Shown one piece after another: positions 38,498 to 48,327 of a DNA stretch of 64,000 bases. Made by a program: the position numbers and the translations under genes. The stretch spans positions 128,001 through 192,000 of the forward strand of contig CAXXUA010000015.1 in NCBI GenBank assembly GCA_963663765.2, given 5' to 3'. This DNA comes from Candidatus Poribacteria bacterium. GTDB taxonomy: Bacteria; Poribacteria; WGA-4E; WGA-3G. How positions within the stretch are numbered: the stretch's first letter is position 1; each line of letters begins with the position of its first letter. The notes under the pieces are model-generated. The model was not told where the DNA came from. It saw only the letters and a program-made list of their open reading frames with translations, and did no database searches.

Positions 38498-39685
38498 ATG
38501 CATAGGAGTGTGGCATTGGCTAAAATTCAACTCAAGGGTAGACAGAGTGATTTCCTGAAAATAGTTGTTACTGCAGCGGGACGTGGTGATCTTGATGGAG
38601 TTCGGCAGTTGTTAGACGACAAGCCTGAATGGTTACATACCATAGGTTCACACGGTAGGACGATGCTTTGGGAAGCAGCGTATCGTGGGAAGTTGGAGAT
38701 GGTAAAGTATTTGGTCGAACGCGGTGCAGATATGCATCTTCCCGGTTGCCATCTCAGTCAACATGACCTCGAAGTGACTCCCTACTGTATTGCCCGTCAC
38801 GAGGGACGTGATGATGTTGCGGATTATCTTTTGCAGCATGGCGCGATAGTTGATCTACATACTGCTGCATATCTTGGTGATTATAATGTGGCAGAATCAC
38901 TCATTGATGACGATTCCAGTCTTGTTAATAGTGGTTATCTTGATTCTGTTATGTTGCCTTCGGGCAATCCACATACTGTTGAACATAGACATTCAGATAG
39001 TGCTACACCGATACACTATGCTATTGTTGGGAGAAATATAGGGATAGTTGCGCTGCTAATTTCAAAGGGGGCAACTATTGAACCGTATAGCAGAGATTTG
39101 CTTGATTATGCGGTATCATACGACAGGAGTGACATGGTGAAATTGCTATTTGATAACGGTGCGGATCCGAGCAAAGCACCGCGTATTTACGACGATAATT
39201 CTGAGATGCGGAAATTACTAAAATCTTATGGAGTTCCTGCAAAGGATGTCAATGCATTTGATAAGATGGGTTGGCCTGAGCTTCCTTACGCGTGTCGTGG
39301 GGACAAAGGGGAACATCCTGAGACTGTACTGAAGCTATTGAAACTGGGTGCGGATATTGATGTTCGTAGTAAAAACAAAGGAAAGACTGCGTTACATTGC
39401 GCTGCAAAGGCAGGTTTTCTCAAAGTCATTGATGTGTTGTTAGATAATGGTGCAACGATTGATGCGACTGACAACACTGGTGAAACACCTTTGTTTGAAG
39501 CGATCCGTTCAACGATAAAAAACCGTGAAAAACTGCACGCTACAGTGGAACAACTATTACAGAAAGGTGCTAATCCTAACCACAAAAACAGACAGGGATT
39601 AACTACGTTACAAGTTGCGCAACGGAAACCCAGAGAAGATACTGATACAATAGTTGCATTGTTAAGAAAGTATGATGCTGTTTAA
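38498..39685 (+). CDS. ankyrin repeat protein (cytoplasmic; start may be 38510 or 38516)
   Basis: Multiple ankyrin repeats (GKTALHCAA, GETPLFEA); no signal peptide. Confidence 0.9.
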   Translation: MHRSVALAKIQLKGRQSDFLKIVVTAAGRGDLDGVRQLLDDKPEWLHTIGSHGRTMLWEAAYRGKLEMVKYLVERGADMHLPGCHLSQHDLEVTPYCIARHEGRDDVADYLLQHGAIVDLHTAAYLGDYNVAESLIDDDSSLVNSGYLDSVMLPSGNPHTVEHRHSDSATPIHYAIVGRNIGIVALLISKGATIEPYSRDLLDYAVSYDRSDMVKLLFDNGADPSKAPRIYDDNSEMRKLLKSYGVPAKDVNAFDKMGWPELPYACRGDKGEHPETVLKLLKLGADIDVRSKNKGKTALHCAAKAGFLKVIDVLLDNGATIDATDNTGETPLFEAIRSTIKNREKLHATVEQLLQKGANPNHKNRQGLTTLQVAQRKPREDTDTIVALLRKYDAV

Positions 39686-39716
39686 GAAAATGCATTAGGA
39701 TAGTTTATCTCAGGAC

Positions 39717-40316
39717 ATGCTGATGGTTGACATTGATGTCGTAGAACATTCAGATTTATTACGACAGGAAGCAGATAGAATACTTGGTAATGAAGGTTTA
39801 CTTTCACTGCTAAAAACATACGGAGCGACACGTGTAATTGGCAGTTATGCCCTAAACACGATGACTTGGCCTGATATTGACATCAGTATGGTTCTCCCAT
39901 ATAAGCAAGATGTGGAACTATTCTTTGACATTGGACAAAAGATTGCATTGAATTTCCAAGTCACAAGAATGTCTTTTTCTAATCACTACATTCGAGGACT
40001 GCCTGGGTTTGATCACGGACTTTATTGGGGAATTCGTGTGAACTTTACTGACCAAGAATGGAAGATTGATCTATGGGGCTATTGCGAAACAGATTACAAT
40101 GCGCACATGGTGGATTTTGATAGACTACACAAACAACTTTTGGATGTAGATCGCTCAACAATCCTTCACATAAAATTTCCTATATCTCAACGTCCGGATT
40201 ATCGAGGTAAAATATACAATAGCATGGCAGTATATCAAGCAGTTCTTACAGGTAAGGTTACAACTGTAGCGGAGTTTTACAGATGGATTGAAAGGAATTC
40301 CGATGTTAACATCTGA
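39717..40316 (+). CDS. hypothetical nucleotidyltransferase-fold protein
   Basis: IGSY-x5-TWPDIDI and WKIDLW fit the Pol-beta superfamily GS...DxD...D pattern. Confidence 0.6.
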   Translation: MLMVDIDVVEHSDLLRQEADRILGNEGLLSLLKTYGATRVIGSYALNTMTWPDIDISMVLPYKQDVELFFDIGQKIALNFQVTRMSFSNHYIRGLPGFDHGLYWGIRVNFTDQEWKIDLWGYCETDYNAHMVDFDRLHKQLLDVDRSTILHIKFPISQRPDYRGKIYNSMAVYQAVLTGKVTTVAEFYRWIERNSDVNI

Positions 40317-41088
40317 AGAGAAATGGTTTTTTGACCATCATGGTTTTATCATCCTTCAACAAGTTGTTTCTGCTGAAGATATTCAACTGATGATTGAACT
40401 TGGAAATAAATGGCATGATATGACATTAGAGGAGTTACCCTCTCCTCTAACGTCTACATCTCGTGCTGGATCATACCCAGAAACAATTGCACATTGGATC
40501 AATAATGTTCAGTATGGTGATGCTGTGTTCCAACGATTAGTTCTCAATCCTGAGATAATGCGCGTTGTGATTGCTTTAACACGATCCTCACCTTGTCTTG
40601 TGGATTGTGCATTAACGCAAAACTATGAAACATCTGATGATATAAATTTTCATGCGTCAGGACTGGACTATGGTATTGAAAACGGGGAGCCCCATGCGGG
40701 TTTTGTCAATGCAGGAACTTCCTTAGTAGATGTGCCAGAAGGAACAGGATTTGTTTGTCTCCCTGGAAGCCACAAACGGAATTTTGAACCACCTGAAAAT
40801 CTGTCAATATATGATAGTTCACCTACAGTGATTAATGTCCCAGTTAATGCTGGTGACTGTGTAATCTTTACAGAAGCACTTTACCACGGTGCCAGACGTT
40901 GGACAGAAACATATCCGCGATATACAGTTTTTAACCGGTATATAGACAATGGGACACATGGTAGTTTACCAAAAGAGGAATTTAAACATTTGATTTCTGA
41001 TGAAGTCTATGAGTTGGAATTACCAGCAAAACGTGGAGAACAGAAGACTGTTGTTGGACAGATCATCAATGATTTGAGTTTAGACTGA
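40303..41088 (+). CDS. phytanoyl-CoA dioxygenase (PhyH) family protein
   Basis: EKWFFDHHGFIIL, PGSHK, AGDCVIFTEALYHG. Confidence 0.85.
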   Translation: MLTSEEKWFFDHHGFIILQQVVSAEDIQLMIELGNKWHDMTLEELPSPLTSTSRAGSYPETIAHWINNVQYGDAVFQRLVLNPEIMRVVIALTRSSPCLVDCALTQNYETSDDINFHASGLDYGIENGEPHAGFVNAGTSLVDVPEGTGFVCLPGSHKRNFEPPENLSIYDSSPTVINVPVNAGDCVIFTEALYHGARRWTETYPRYTVFNRYIDNGTHGSLPKEEFKHLISDEVYELELPAKRGEQKTVVGQIINDLSLD

Positions 41089-41167
41089 ACGGGTATTTAA
41101 GCCAAAGAAACAGGGTTTTCAATCACCACACTGCTTAAACGTCTACTTGTTATTTTCGTCTTAATTA

Positions 41168-42523
41168 ATGAACACTTTATTTATAATAGATAGGAGGAAT
41201 AATAAATTGCACAATTTAAAACAGAAGATATATCCAATAATAATCTTTGTATTCTTGTGTGCCATTCAAATGAATGTCTTTGCCAATGATTGGCCGGGTT
41301 GGCGCGGGATGAATCAGGATGGTACATCTGCAGAAACTGGACTGATAGAGAATTGGTCTCTTGAGGGAGAGAATCTTCTTTGGAAGAAAGATTTCATAGG
41401 TCGTTCCACACCTGTTGTTCTTAACGACAGGGTTTATGTCATTGGCAGGATTGGCAAGGATATAACGCAACAAGAACGTATCACTTGCTTTGATGCGAAA
41501 ACTGGTAATCAGTTGTGGAATCATCAACTTAATGTATTTCATACCACTATAACCTTTAATCGGGTTGGTTGGACCAGTCCTGTTGGTGATGTAGAAACAG
41601 GCAATATATACGTTCACGGGATACAAGGTTTGTTTATCTGCTTCAGTAAAGATGGAGATATTGTATGGTCACGTTCCTTAACTGAGGAATATGGTCGGAT
41701 TTCTGGGTATGGTGGTCGTGTTCATACACCAATTATTGCTGGCAACTTGGTGGTCATCAGTTTTCTGAATACAGCTTGGGGAGATCAGACTATCCCGCGT
41801 CATCGTTATTATGCTTTTAACAAACGTAACGGAGATTTGATGTGGGTGTCAACTCCTGGTGGTAGGCCGCTTGATACGACCTATTCTACGCCAGTTGTTA
41901 CGCAAGTGAATGGTCAGATGATGATAATTGGTGGTAATGCCGATGGAAGCATATACGCGATGAAACAGACAACAGGTGAGATGGTATGGGGTTTCAAGCT
42001 TAGTAAACGTGGTATCAATACCTCTGTCATCGTTGATGGCACAAAGGTGTATGCGACACATAGCGAGGAGAATTTTGACACGACAGCAATGGGACGCGTA
42101 GTGTGTATTGATGCTACAGGAACAGGAGATGTTACGTCGACTCATGAGGTATGGCGAGCAGATGGTATCGGGGTTGGTTATGCTTCACCGACTATCAGTG
42201 ACGGACAACTTTATGTTGTAGATAATTCAGCGAATATGTATTGTTTGAATGCCGAAACGGGTGAAACGCTATGGGAGCATAGTATTGGGACAGTTGGTAA
42301 AGGTTCTCCTGTCTGGGCAGATGGCAAGTTGTATGTCACTGAGGTTAATGGTAAATTTCATATCCTTCAACCTGGCAAGGACAAATGTGAGTCACTCAGT
42401 ATGCAGGAGATTAACAGAGTAGATGATGATCACTATGTTGAAATATTCGGTTCCCCTGCGATAGCTGATGGACGTATCTATTTCACCACGGAAGAGCATC
42501 TGTATTGTATTGGGAGGAAATAA
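41168..42523 (+). CDS. secreted PQQ-like/BamB-type beta-propeller protein
   Basis: ANDWPGWRG start of mature protein; repeated DAxTG..W blades; SP(A/V) motifs. Confidence 0.88.
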   Translation: MNTLFIIDRRNNKLHNLKQKIYPIIIFVFLCAIQMNVFANDWPGWRGMNQDGTSAETGLIENWSLEGENLLWKKDFIGRSTPVVLNDRVYVIGRIGKDITQQERITCFDAKTGNQLWNHQLNVFHTTITFNRVGWTSPVGDVETGNIYVHGIQGLFICFSKDGDIVWSRSLTEEYGRISGYGGRVHTPIIAGNLVVISFLNTAWGDQTIPRHRYYAFNKRNGDLMWVSTPGGRPLDTTYSTPVVTQVNGQMMIIGGNADGSIYAMKQTTGEMVWGFKLSKRGINTSVIVDGTKVYATHSEENFDTTAMGRVVCIDATGTGDVTSTHEVWRADGIGVGYASPTISDGQLYVVDNSANMYCLNAETGETLWEHSIGTVGKGSPVWADGKLYVTEVNGKFHILQPGKDKCESLSMQEINRVDDDHYVEIFGSPAIADGRIYFTTEEHLYCIGRK

Positions 42524-43476
42524 TGAAGAAATATTTGTTGAATACAAAGCAGAGAGTTTGTGCTTTTATGAGTATTTTTATCTCTGCAAGTTTAATAATC
42601 TGTCTACTTGTTGCTGGTTGTGCGGGTAAGATGATTACATCACCAGAAATGAGTCTCGAACCTGCTGTTTCTCTTTTGCTCACACCAAAAGAGACGATTA
42701 CATCAGGGGAAGCGATTGTTCTGAACGTTATTGGTTATGATGCGATGGGCAGACTGACGAGTAAGGTTGGAACGGTTGAGTGGTCACTCACGGGCTTATC
42801 AGGTTCGGTTATTGATGGAACTTATACCCCTGATACAAGTGTTGGTGCGCATGCGGGGACGGTCATTGTCCAATCGGGAGAGATTACGGCTTCAGCAAGA
42901 GTTCGTGTGATACCACCGTTGCCTTGGACAGAAGATTTTGAGAACATTGAACTTGAGAAAGCACCTTCACATTGGATCAGTGCGACAGGCAAATACTTTG
43001 TACGTGAAAAAGACGGCAAAAAAGTCTTGGTCAAAACACCAGTGCAGCGTGGTTTAGATAAATCTAATGTCTACATAGGTGCACCAACGATGAAAGACTA
43101 TCAGATTCAAGTTGACCTGATGGGAACAAGGGACAAACGTCGTATGCCCGATATGGGGTTAATTGCAAATCGTTATACGTTGGATTTGCAGGGTAGGCAG
43201 CAGCGGTTGCAAATCCGTTCGTGGGCATCTGACTTGCGTATGGCTAAGACGATAGATTTTTCTTGGGAAGCAGATGTTTGGTATACCATGAAAATGAAGG
43301 TAGAAACGACTGAGGATAAGGCGATAATTATGGGTAAAGTGTGGCGTAAAGGAGAAAATGAGCCACCTGAATGGACGATTACAACTGAAGATCCGCTTCC
43401 GAATCGTGAAGGTAGCCCTGGCATTTATGCTTATTCTGTAACAGAAATTTATTATGATAATTTAAAGGTATGGTGA
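42523..43476 (+). CDS. putative lipoprotein with Ig-like and ConA/LamG-like domains
   Basis: Lipobox LVAG-C; ARVRVIPPLPWTEDFE, WYTMKM, GKVW..GENEP.EW, GSPGIY, YYDNLKV. Confidence 0.7.
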   Translation: MKKYLLNTKQRVCAFMSIFISASLIICLLVAGCAGKMITSPEMSLEPAVSLLLTPKETITSGEAIVLNVIGYDAMGRLTSKVGTVEWSLTGLSGSVIDGTYTPDTSVGAHAGTVIVQSGEITASARVRVIPPLPWTEDFENIELEKAPSHWISATGKYFVREKDGKKVLVKTPVQRGLDKSNVYIGAPTMKDYQIQVDLMGTRDKRRMPDMGLIANRYTLDLQGRQQRLQIRSWASDLRMAKTIDFSWEADVWYTMKMKVETTEDKAIIMGKVWRKGENEPPEWTITTEDPLPNREGSPGIYAYSVTEIYYDNLKVW

Positions 43477-44990
43477 TATATATGATTTTTGAATGTAAAG
43501 GCGGTGCGAAAAGCGTCGCTATGTTGGCAGATGGACTGTGCCGGCGAATTTGTTCATATACGGTAGTCCTTTTCATTTTGTTTATTGGTTTACTTTTCAT
43601 CACAACTGTTTCAACTGCTGAAACTGACAAAGAGATAGCACTGTGGGGTGGAACGTTAAGTCGTAACATGGTCTCTGATGAGATGAATGTTCCTGCGAAA
43701 TGGGATTTTGCAAGTGGGGAGAATATCAAATGGACAGCAGAACTCGGTTCACAAAGTTATGCTGGACCGCTTGTTGTTGGTGGGAAAGTGTTTGTCGGAA
43801 CTAACAACGAAGCATTGTATAACCCAAAATTGACTGGTGATCGTGGAAATCTAATGGCGTTTCGTGAATCTGATGGCAAGTTTCTTTGGCAGATCACACA
43901 TACAAAACTTACATCAGGACGCGTAAACGATTGGCCATTACAAGGAATCTGTTCAACACCTTATGTTGAAGGTGACCGACTCTATTATGTTTCTAATCGT
44001 TGTGAGGTAGTTTGTGTTGATACGGAAGGATTTCTTGATGGTGAGAACGATGGTCCTTTTAAGGATGAAACCGAGACGAGTGATATTGATGGTGACATAA
44101 TTTGGATTTACGATATGATGGATGAATTGGATGTTTTCCCGCACAACCTTGCAACCTGTTCACCGCTTGCAGTTGGTGATCTACTTTTCTTGGAAACGAG
44201 TAATGGTGTTGATGAAACACATATCCACATACCTGTTCCTGATGCTCCAAGTTTTATCGCATTGAACAAGAATACAGGTGAACTCGTGTGGGAAGATGCC
44301 TCACCTGGTGAGAATATATTACATGGTCAGTGGTCTAATCCAGCTTATGGAGTGATAAAAGGTGTACCGCAGGTTATCATTCCGGGGGGAGATGGTTGGG
44401 TCTATTCTTTTGATCCTGAAACTGGTATTATTATCTGGAAGTTTGACTGCAACCCGAAAGACTCAGAATGGGAACTGGGTGGACAAGGTACACGGAACAA
44501 CATTATATCTACTCCTGTTGTATTTGATGACAAAGTTTTTCTTGCTGTTGGACAGGACCCGGAACACGGTGAGGGCGTTGGACACCTATGGTGCATTGAT
44601 CCATCAAGAACGGGTGATGTTACCACGACTGCAGCCGTTTGGCATTTTGGTGAGGAACAGTTCAATCGTACGATGTCCACTGTTGCTATCCATGAAGGTC
44701 TATTATATATTGCGGATCTCAGTGGATTCCTTTACTGTTTGGATGTGAACACTGGTGATGTATATTGGTATTATGATACTTTCGCTGCTATATGGGGTTC
44801 ACCTTATGTTGTTGATGGAAAGGTTTATCTCGGTGATGAAGATGGTGATGTTGTCATTTTAAAGACAGGTAAAACGTTAGAGGTGCTGTTTGAAACGAAT
44901 ATGGGTAGTGCTGTTTATACGACACCAGTTGCGAAGGATGGTGTGCTTTATATGGTAACCCGCAATAAACTAATTGCGATAGCAGAATAG
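43470..44990 (+). CDS. secreted PQQ-like beta-propeller protein
   Basis: WGGTLSRNMVS, NIKWTAELGSQSY, GRVNDWPLQGICS, propeller blades; true start uncertain. Confidence 0.88.
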   Translation: MVIYMIFECKGGAKSVAMLADGLCRRICSYTVVLFILFIGLLFITTVSTAETDKEIALWGGTLSRNMVSDEMNVPAKWDFASGENIKWTAELGSQSYAGPLVVGGKVFVGTNNEALYNPKLTGDRGNLMAFRESDGKFLWQITHTKLTSGRVNDWPLQGICSTPYVEGDRLYYVSNRCEVVCVDTEGFLDGENDGPFKDETETSDIDGDIIWIYDMMDELDVFPHNLATCSPLAVGDLLFLETSNGVDETHIHIPVPDAPSFIALNKNTGELVWEDASPGENILHGQWSNPAYGVIKGVPQVIIPGGDGWVYSFDPETGIIIWKFDCNPKDSEWELGGQGTRNNIISTPVVFDDKVFLAVGQDPEHGEGVGHLWCIDPSRTGDVTTTAAVWHFGEEQFNRTMSTVAIHEGLLYIADLSGFLYCLDVNTGDVYWYYDTFAAIWGSPYVVDGKVYLGDEDGDVVILKTGKTLEVLFETNMGSAVYTTPVAKDGVLYMVTRNKLIAIAE

Positions 44991-45195
44991 AAGTTTTCCT
45001 TACCACCAGAGGCATTCAATTGTCAAGATTTTCTCAATAATTTTGGAATTTTCGCGACCGGGAGGTCGCTCCTACCGAATAAATCGGGGTTACAAACCCT
45101 TCCCACAAGAGATGTAAGTGGCAATTGAATGGCTCTGACCTAACCACTGGATTATTTTGGATATTATTTCATCTTTTATGTACAATGGAACTGAC

Positions 45196-45801
45196 ATGTC
45201 ATATAGCAACTTTACCTTACCAGCAGCACGAGCAGCATTTCAGCTTGAAGAGGTTGATACCGCTGGTCTCTTTTCTTATATAGAACCAGTCACTCCCAGT
45301 GAGTTGCTTACATCCATATTAGCTCGAAAAATTCCTTTAGCGACTGCAATCGGGACTGAGAAAGCGAAGTCTGAAATGATTGTCGCTGACGTTCTTGTGG
45401 AACTACGTGAGCAATTAGACCGTAAAATTAGTCTTTTTTCAGGGATTGATTTCAACGTTGATGATGAGCTTGGATTAACAGGTGTGTGTGACTTTGTGAT
45501 TAGCCTATCACCTGTCCAATTTGACTTACAAGCTCCGATCATTGTCCTTGTTGAAGCGAAGAACGATAACCTTGAAGTAGGTCTTGGACAGTGTGTCGCG
45601 GAAATGGTTGCTGCTCAGTACTTTAATGCTGAAGAAGGAAATGACATTCAGACGGTTTATGGTGCGACTACATCAGGTACAGAATGGCGGTTCCTAAAGT
45701 TGATAGGTAAGAAACTTGACATTGACATGTTACCCTATCCGATTGACTCGTGCGACAAGGTCCTCGGCATCCTTTCAAGCATGGTAGCACAGGAAGCATG
45801 A
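45196..45801 (+). CDS. hypothetical PD-(D/E)XK-like protein (HsdR N-terminal-like)
   Basis: GVCDFVIS, VEAKND, GLGQCVAEMVAAQ, YGATTSGTEWRFL. Confidence 0.7.
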   Translation: MSYSNFTLPAARAAFQLEEVDTAGLFSYIEPVTPSELLTSILARKIPLATAIGTEKAKSEMIVADVLVELREQLDRKISLFSGIDFNVDDELGLTGVCDFVISLSPVQFDLQAPIIVLVEAKNDNLEVGLGQCVAEMVAAQYFNAEEGNDIQTVYGATTSGTEWRFLKLIGKKLDIDMLPYPIDSCDKVLGILSSMVAQEA

Positions 45802-45861
45802 ACTGCTGAACCGTAATCTAATAATTTTATTCCAAGTTGCTACCTATAAAATATTATACAC

Positions 45862-46050
45862 AATGATGTGTGGGAAGTTTGTAATGATAATTCCCATTTA
45901 ACTCGCCGCCAAGGGTGTAATTGATATCTTGTTTATGGTCAAACTTTAAATGGACGATACTTATTTGTAGTATTAGAGAAGATCGAATGGTCAGTCTATA
46001 TACCAATTACTGCACGAAATATGACCGACAGAGAAAAAACATTTATTGAA
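45862..46050 (+). pseudogene. BrnT-family toxin remnant
   Basis: YLVYGQTLNGRYLFVV...ITARNMTDRE; in-frame TGA at 45922; no intact start. Confidence 0.65.
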
Positions 46051-46153
46051 ACCTTAGTGAACGTTCTTTTAATTGAACATATTAGGGTATCGGTTACTAC
46101 AAACTAACAGGTTAGAGTTTGTAATATTGAATAAAAGGTTTATAAAGAACTTT

Positions 46154-47233
46154 ATGCAGAAAAAACTCACTCAAAATATAGAAAATGCACGGACTGCGCT
46201 TGATGTGCATGTTCGGGAAATTGTGAACTGGCATTTTAATCCAGAAACAGGGTGTCCATTCTGGTTGGAATACGCAGAGAACTTGGATTTTGATCCGCGA
46301 AAAGAGATTGGTGGTTTTGCTGATCTCAAGTGTCTTGGACACTTCCAAGATGAGTGGCTGCGGGGTGGACCTGTGCGACGGTGGGTGCCGAAGGCTTACG
46401 CTAACGAACCGACCTATGTTTTTGAAACTGGGGGCTCAACTGGCATTCCAAAGTGTCGTATCAGTATACGCGATTTTCATATTGACTACGAAATGTTCAG
46501 CAAGACGTTATCTGAAGAAACTTTCCCACGCGGTAGTGATTGGCTGATGTTGGGACCGACAGGACCGCGACGATTACGACTTGCGGTTGAACATCTTGCT
46601 CAGCATCGTGGGGGTATCTGTTTTCTTGTAGACCTTGATCCGCGTTGGGTGAATCAACTTGTGCGTTATGGTAAACATCAGGAATTGGATGCGTATAAGA
46701 GTCATGTCATTTCACAGGCACTAAACGTGTTGAAAGCACATGAAAACGTTCAGTGTCTATTTACTACGCCGAAACTGTTGGAAGCATTATGTGAGAAGAT
46801 TTCCTTGCAAAAGGTTGGGATTAAGGGTATCTTTTGTGGAGGTACTGAGATGGATGCGCAGTTTCACCGATTTGCACGAGAAGAGCTTGTTCCTGGAATA
46901 GATTTTGTTCCGACTTATGGTAATACGCTTATGGGTTTAGCCACATGCAAACCGTTTGATCCTGTAGATAACTATGCGATTATCTATTATCCGCCGCAAC
47001 CGAGGGCAGTGATTGAGCTGGTTAATCCGCAGAATCCTGATGAGCTTGTGGGTTATGGTGAAACTGGACGTGTGATGCTGACGACATTGACGAAAGAGTT
47101 TTTCATTCCGCGTTTTCTGGAACGTGATGAGGCAGAACGGGCAAAGCCGATACCTGAATACCCTTGGGATGGTGTTGAAAACCTGCGCCTGTTGTCTGAA
47201 TTGCAAGAATCTGTCGTTGTGGGTGTATATTAG
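46154..47233 (+). CDS. ANL-superfamily adenylating enzyme, EhpF/GriC-like
   Basis: WHFNPETGCPFW, FETGGSTGIPK P-loop, DLDPRWV, GGT, YGNTLMG, GRVMLT...ERD. Confidence 0.75.
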   Translation: MQKKLTQNIENARTALDVHVREIVNWHFNPETGCPFWLEYAENLDFDPRKEIGGFADLKCLGHFQDEWLRGGPVRRWVPKAYANEPTYVFETGGSTGIPKCRISIRDFHIDYEMFSKTLSEETFPRGSDWLMLGPTGPRRLRLAVEHLAQHRGGICFLVDLDPRWVNQLVRYGKHQELDAYKSHVISQALNVLKAHENVQCLFTTPKLLEALCEKISLQKVGIKGIFCGGTEMDAQFHRFAREELVPGIDFVPTYGNTLMGLATCKPFDPVDNYAIIYYPPQPRAVIELVNPQNPDELVGYGETGRVMLTTLTKEFFIPRFLERDEAERAKPIPEYPWDGVENLRLLSELQESVVVGVY

Positions 47234-47320
47234 ATATTTCAATATTGGTAGGAGAGAAAAATGGAACATATTCTACAAGATGAGAATTGTCCAAACTATA
47301 GTAAACTTTAATATCAATAC

Positions 47321-47584
47321 TATACCATTTTCATGTGATAATGTCTCATTAGCAGCGGAAATCTGGTAGGAGCGACCTCACGGTCGCGACCGGGAGGTCG
47401 CTCCTACCGCGGGGTTTCTTTTTTGAAAAATCCAAAAATTAGGAAAACTGAATAACCCTGGCGGAAATCTGGTAGGAGCGACCTCACGGTCGCGACCGGG
47501 AGGTCGCTCCTACCGAAGAGAGTAACCTCCTGCCAGTAAACAGTAGAATTCCTTAATGAGACAAGATTTATTTGAATTGGTATT
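47321..47584. mobile_element. MITE family C single copy with duplicated REP hairpin and embedded family E right end
   Basis: Same ends as the 18.7-19.8 kb units; AAAACTGAATAACCCTG ends at 47460. Confidence 0.82.
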
Positions 47585-47615
47585 ATTTCGGGGATACCGC
47601 TTGAGGACAATAGGT

Positions 47616-48317
47616 ATGGCAATAAATATAGAAAAAGTTTTTCGTTCACCGTATTCAGTACCGAATGGATTGCAGGTAGTTGATGATAGGTTATGGATTG
47701 TAGACCAGATTTCAGATAGAGTTGCCTTAGTTGAGATTACTTGCGATCCGGATTATCACGTGCCGAAACTGATTCGAGATATTCCGAGCGACTCTTCCAA
47801 TACAAGCGGAATGGCGTTTGGTGATGGTGTGCTTTGGTTGGCTGCAAATGGTCCTGGAGATAGGTGGCGTGCTGTGCGAGATACTGATGCGAAACCGGGT
47901 GCAGGTGAGATATTCAAAATAGACCCTAATTCGGGTAAGACACTTGGACGTTACCTTGTTCCTGAAGGTGGTGGGACGCACGGTGTAGAGTATGATAATT
48001 ACGACGAAGGACATCTCTGGGTACAAACGCTAAAAAATCAGGAGATTCATAAGGTGAGGATATCCGATTGGTCAGTTCAGCATACGTTGCCTTTGCCTTA
48101 TGGTAGAGCACACGGGACTGTCCGAGTCGAAGACGGACTTTGGGTGACCCACACCTCTGAACGAGTTATTGTCAAACTTGACCTTGCTGATGGAACAATA
48201 ATTGATAAGATTGAAGTATCAGAAAGTTATCCTGAACCGCACGGCTTATCTATCTACGGCGATGATTTTCTATATTGCGATGCGTCTTCTGGGTGGATTG
48301 CAAAGATTACGAGGTAA
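47616..48317 (+). CDS. Vgb/glutaminyl-cyclase-like beta-propeller protein
   Basis: PNGL, SGMAF, THGVEY, AHG, PHGL blade starts. Confidence 0.7.
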   Translation: MAINIEKVFRSPYSVPNGLQVVDDRLWIVDQISDRVALVEITCDPDYHVPKLIRDIPSDSSNTSGMAFGDGVLWLAANGPGDRWRAVRDTDAKPGAGEIFKIDPNSGKTLGRYLVPEGGGTHGVEYDNYDEGHLWVQTLKNQEIHKVRISDWSVQHTLPLPYGRAHGTVRVEDGLWVTHTSERVIVKLDLADGTIIDKIEVSESYPEPHGLSIYGDDFLYCDASSGWIAKITR

Positions 48318-48327
48318 CTGAAGATCA

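Noticed and set aside
41168-44990. PQQ-dependent alcohol dehydrogenase call
   Set aside because: Only propeller blade motifs seen; no vicinal Cys-Cys or other quinoprotein catalytic signature recognised.
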